Translations under genes and position numbers: made by a program | Part shown: one piece after another, positions 51,168 to 51,446 of the stretch | Position numbering within the stretch: the first letter of the stretch is position 1 | How the letters are laid out: each line of letters begins with the position of its first letter | Notes under the pieces: generated by a model | What the model was told of the DNA's origin: nothing | Seen by the model: the letters and a program-made list of their open reading frames with translations, nothing else | The model's database searches: none | Assembly (NCBI GenBank): GCA_041485845.1 | Contig: JBGPKH010000001.1 | Location: 1-51,446 of the forward strand | Source: Bryobacteraceae bacterium | GTDB lineage: Bacteria > Acidobacteriota > Terriglobia > Bryobacterales > Bryobacteraceae | Direction of reading: 5' to 3' | Length of the DNA stretch: 51,446 nt

Positions 51168-51446
51168 CTAAGATAGCGGATCTGCCTTGTCCTGGCGCGC
51201 GGTCCAGTGTGCGCCGGCCAGCACGATCATCGCCGCGGCGAAGCTCCACAGCAGGATGGTCACGGAAAAGCGAAAGACGTCGTACTCGCGCTTCAGTTTT
51301 TCGGTGAGCATCGGCGAAATCAGCAGATTCACGTATTTCAAGCTTTCCAGCAGAAGGCCGACCACGATGGCCACAGGCGCCACGCGCCGCGGCTCGATGG
51401 GCCGATTCGGCAGCAGCCAGTACACCAGAAACAGGGCCAGGATGGA
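51168..51446 (-). CDS. YihY/BrkB-family membrane protein, 5' partial (runs off the window)
   Basis: ...ILALFLVYWLLPNRPIEPRRVAPVAIVVGLLLESLKYVNLLISPML...FSVTILLWSFAAAMIVLAGAHWTA matches the C-terminal half of YihY (former RNase BN) family proteins. Confidence 0.8.
   Translation of the reverse strand, partial: SILALFLVYWLLPNRPIEPRRVAPVAIVVGLLLESLKYVNLLISPMLTEKLKREYDVFRFSVTILLWSFAAAMIVLAGAHWTARQDKADPLS

Noticed and set aside
1-51446. A search for tRNA, rRNA, tmRNA, intact IS/transposase, integrase and prophage structural genes.
   Set aside because: No T-loop/acceptor-like tRNA signatures, rRNA-like stretches or transposase/integrase motifs were seen on either strand. A covariance-model scan would be needed to exclude small ncRNAs.

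Overview
High-G+C chromosomal segment. By gene content it looks acidobacterial: ADOP/FtsX permeases, TIGR03436-type VWA proteins, a TIGR03790 protein, CarboxypepD_reg-type TonB receptors, ThuA/Gfo pairs and BNR/sortilin-like proteins. This taxonomic call is inference, not a search result. I support about 50 coding regions. No rRNA, tRNA, CRISPR array, intact transposase or integrase was seen.

The window mixes housekeeping genes with accessory patches. Housekeeping genes include rpsA-ihfB, rfbD, a HIT protein, a nucleoside symporter, two-component systems, an ABC exporter and an amidase.

Accessory patches:
- A toxin-antitoxin cluster (BrnTA, VapBC) around a serine-recombinase remnant, at 243-1817.
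- A ParD-like/zeta-like pair at 8019-8986.
- A 1.57-kb two-gene cassette at 13340-14262, bracketed by 103-bp direct repeats that duplicate the 5' end of the neighbouring peptidase gene, with a small GIY-YIG gene next to it.
- A decayed CbrC pseudogene, followed by a large secreted Ig-repeat protein with an elaborate promoter/operator region, at 28277-31250.

The best candidate for something undescribed is the coupled DUF2188-like plus TIR/deoxyribosyltransferase-like gene pair in the repeat-bracketed cassette.

Other notable points:
- Conserved genes are interrupted in frame: rpsA by TAG and a TonB-dependent receptor by TGA. A TIGR03790 gene carries two frameshifts.
- There are two MITE-like palindromic elements, and a 24-nt hairpin element is reused in two convergent-gene gaps.
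- A signal-peptide Gly/Tyr-rich repeat protein is present, and GRGG tracts recur in secreted proteins.
- A small AtzG/GatC-like ORF coupled to the amidase is absent from the ORF track.

All family assignments come from reading motifs by eye; no database search was possible.
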